A DNA stretch of 64,000 bases from assembly GCA_030141605.1 (NCBI GenBank), contig JAQGDQ010000419.1, positions 1 through 64,000 of the forward strand, given 5' to 3'. This DNA comes from Tubiluchus corallicola (Eukaryota > Animalia > Priapulida). The position numbers were made by a program, and so were the translations under genes. Numbering within the stretch: position 1 is the first letter of the stretch; every line of letters starts with the position of its first letter. This document shows positions 61,333 to 64,000 of this stretch, one piece after another. The notes beneath the pieces are model-generated. The model was not told the DNA's origin, searched no databases, and worked only from the letters and a program-made list of their open reading frames with translations.

Positions 61333-62892
61333 GGCCCGTCCCATTACTGCTATGCACACAGTGTGCAGTGTGTCAAGGAGGCCCGTCCCATTACTGCTAT
61401 GCACACAGTGTGCAGAGTGTCAAGGAGGCCCGTCCCATTACTGCTATGCTCACAGTGTGCAGTGTGTCAAGGAGGCCCATCTCATTACTGCTATGCACAC
61501 AGTGTGCAGAGTGTCAAGGAGGCCCGTCCCATTACTGCTATTCTCACAGTGTGCAGAGTGTCAAGGAGGCCCATCTCATTACTGCTATGCTCACAGTGTG
61601 CAGTGTGTCAAGGAGGCCCATCTCATTACTGCTATGCACACAGTGTGCAGTGTGTCAAGGAGGCCCGTCCCATTACTGCTATGCTCACAGTGTGCAGAGT
61701 GTGTCAAGGAGGCCCGTCCCATTACTGCTATGCACACAGTGTGCAGTGTGTCAAGGAGGCCCGTCCCATTACTGCTATGCACACAGTGTGCAGAGTGTCA
61801 AGGAGGCCCGTCCCATTACTGCTATGCTCACAGTGTGCAGTGTGTCAAGGAGGCCCATCTCATTACTGCTATGCACACAGTGTGCAGAGTGTCAAGGAGG
61901 CCCGTCCCATTACTGCTATTCTCACAGTGTGCAGAGTGTCAAGGAGGCCCATCTCATTACTGCTATGCTCACAGTGTGCAGTGTGTCAAGGAGGCCCATC
62001 TCATTACTGCTATGCACACAGTGTGCAGTGTGTCAAGGAGGCCCGTCCCATTACTGCTATGCTCACAGTGTGCAGAGTGTGTCAAGGAGGCCCGTCCCAT
62101 TACTGCTATGCACACAGTGTGCAGTGTGTCAAGGAGGCCCGTCCCATTACTGCTATGCTCACAGTGTGCAGAGTGTCAAGGGGGCCCGTCCCATTACTGC
62201 TATGCTCACAGTGTGCAGTGTGTCAAGGAGGCCCATCTCATTACTGCTATGCACACAGTGTGCAGAGTGTCAAGGAGGCCCGTCCCATTACTGCTATTCT
62301 CACAGTGTGCAGAGTGTCAAGGAGGCCCATCTCATTACTGCTATGCTCACAGTGTGCAGTGTGTCAAGGAGGCCCATCTCATTACTGCTATGCACACAGT
62401 GTGCAGTGTGTCAAGGACCCCCCAACCACACACAACAACCCCCAACCACACACACACAAACCCCCCAACCACACACACACAAGAGGCCCGTCCCATTACT
62501 GCTATGCTCACAGTGTGCAACAAAACCCCCCAACCACACACAACCAACCCCCAACCACCACACAAGTCAAGGGGGCCCGTCCCATTACTGCTATGCTCAC
62601 AGTGTGCAGAGTGTCAACGGGGCCCGTCCCATTACTGCCATGCTCACAGTGTGCAGAGTGTCAAGGAGGTCCGTCCCATTACTGCCATGCACACAGTGTG
62701 CAGTGCGTCAAGGAGGCCCATCCCATTATTGCTATGCTCACAGTGTGCAGAGTGTCAAGTAGGCCCGTCCCATTACTGCTATGCTCACAAAGTGCAGAGT
62801 GTCAAGTAGGCCCGTCCCATTACTGCTATGCTCACAGTGTGCAGTGTCAAGTAGGCCCGTCCCATTTATGCTCACAGTGTGCAGAGTGTCAA
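61333..62892. repeat. 47-bp satellite (about 30 monomers) with a 378-bp (8-mer) higher-order repeat
   Basis: Monomer gcccgtcccattactgctatgcacacagtgtgcagagtgtcaaggag; the diagnostic ttctcacag variant recurs at 61541, 61919 and 62297 (378 = 7x47 + 49). Confidence 0.95.
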
Positions 62893-64000
62893 ATTGCATG
62901 AAAAATGAATTTTTACAGAAGGCTTCTTGGGAAATTTGATCTCTCTGTAATGTCGAAGACGTTGATTCAAATTTCTCTGAAGCTGCGAAAAGTCCAATGT
63001 TTCCTGCTTATATTCACTCACACGAAATTAAAAATTAGACTTCATCACGTAGCTGTTCTGTTTATGAAGTTTGTTTTAAAAAAATCCGACCCACCTGGTT
63101 AGAATTCCACACAACGTTTTTTAAATTATGTTTACTGAAAGTTTTAATAAAACAAAAATGTGACTCTATTTGATTAAGCGCCTCAAACTGAAAACTAGGA
63201 ATAAACTGCAAGTGCACAATGTAGCATTAAAATTTACTTATTTTGACATACTTAATATAGCTGCTAACAGCTTTTTTGAACCATTAATGTGTTTGAAGAA
63301 ATTTCACGTGCAAGCATATTTTACATCCAGTAAAAGCCAGAATGGCAATCAAGAAACAGACCGATGTCCACTATCCTTGAACCTTGGACTAAGGCCACAC
63401 TTCACCACACCACTTTGAGGCTCTTACTCTAGGGCATAGGCATCTGCCCTGTAAATTTTGTGAGTCTAGCCCTCTGAGTTTGAATGGAAGAGAAAAGTAA
63501 AAAAGTGAAAAACTGAATACTTAACATAACGAAATGAAAAAATCAGCGCTCGGGATTCCGTAGTGCTCACAGAGGGATAAAAATGGATTTCACAAAAAGT
63601 TGTAAAATGACAAACAGCCTGATGAAATAATTTACTTATTAATTATTTACTTATAAAATTATTAAAATAATTTATTTACTAAATCATTAAAAAAATATTT
63701 AAACAGTGTGTATTTAAATATTTACACAAAAGTATGACAAATGTCAAATTTACGAAAACTACGATGACACAAAAGTATTTTTTGTAAGCCAATTAAGTAA
63801 AGAAATAAAATTAAATTGAAGCAACATGAAAAATAGATTTACCCTAACAAGTTTTAATATTTAAATATTTATATATATCATTAAGTACGCATATATTCTC
63901 AGTTTGGAATCAAATGTTGATGTACACCAAGTATGACTTTCACAAAAACAACAAAAATATTTTCAATAACAATTTCTTTACAGATCTAAATACGGTTCCA

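Noticed and set aside
44809-62892. Hammerhead ribozyme or retrozyme within the tandem repeat units
   Set aside because: I found no CTGA(N)GA…GAAA core with flanking stems in the repeat units by eye; an Infernal search would be needed to exclude other ribozymes.
61352-62901. Three long Cys/His-rich ORFs (464-512 aa) resembling zinc-finger or metallothionein proteins
   Set aside because: They come from a stop-free 47-bp satellite; the unit is not a multiple of 3, so all frames cycle through the same peptides. The array lies within the GPCR locus on the opposite strand.
62915-63060. Possible further GPCR exon
   Set aside because: Open frames exist, but there is no convincing acceptor or GAIN/HRM similarity; left unassigned.

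Overview
AT-rich, intron-rich eukaryotic DNA from an invertebrate animal (lophotrochozoan-like by impression; the taxon cannot be fixed from the sequence). No prokaryotic features or CRISPR arrays. I assembled six protein-coding genes by hand from GT-AG signals and reading-phase continuity. (1) An unidentified spliced gene on the minus strand that runs off the left edge. (2) A 19-exon CEP295/Ana1-like centriolar gene (+, 5628-23570). (3) A DUF229 (alkaline-phosphatase/sulfatase-like) type II membrane protein gene (-, 24874-36047) with an internal 3x70-aa repeat. (4) A small 2-TM orphan gene nested antisense in the first coding intron of the DUF229 gene, with a duplicated last exon. (5) FACT subunit SPT16 with an intronless 3.1-kb CDS. 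(6) The GAIN/GPS-7TM-tail part of a latrophilin-like adhesion GPCR (-, 47776-60905, 5' end not located). Introns and intergenic DNA carry MITEs (Tc2-like and hAT with an intact TSD), SINE fragments (Meta-domain-like and 5S-derived), many 27-88 bp minisatellites and a 47-bp satellite with a 378-bp higher-order repeat. The most unusual signals are splice-related: five in-frame tandem donor sites in the GPCR ICL3, a stop-carrying 21-nt microexon that would swap the GPCR C-terminus, and a duplicated terminal exon in the nested gene. All gene models are predictions without transcript support.
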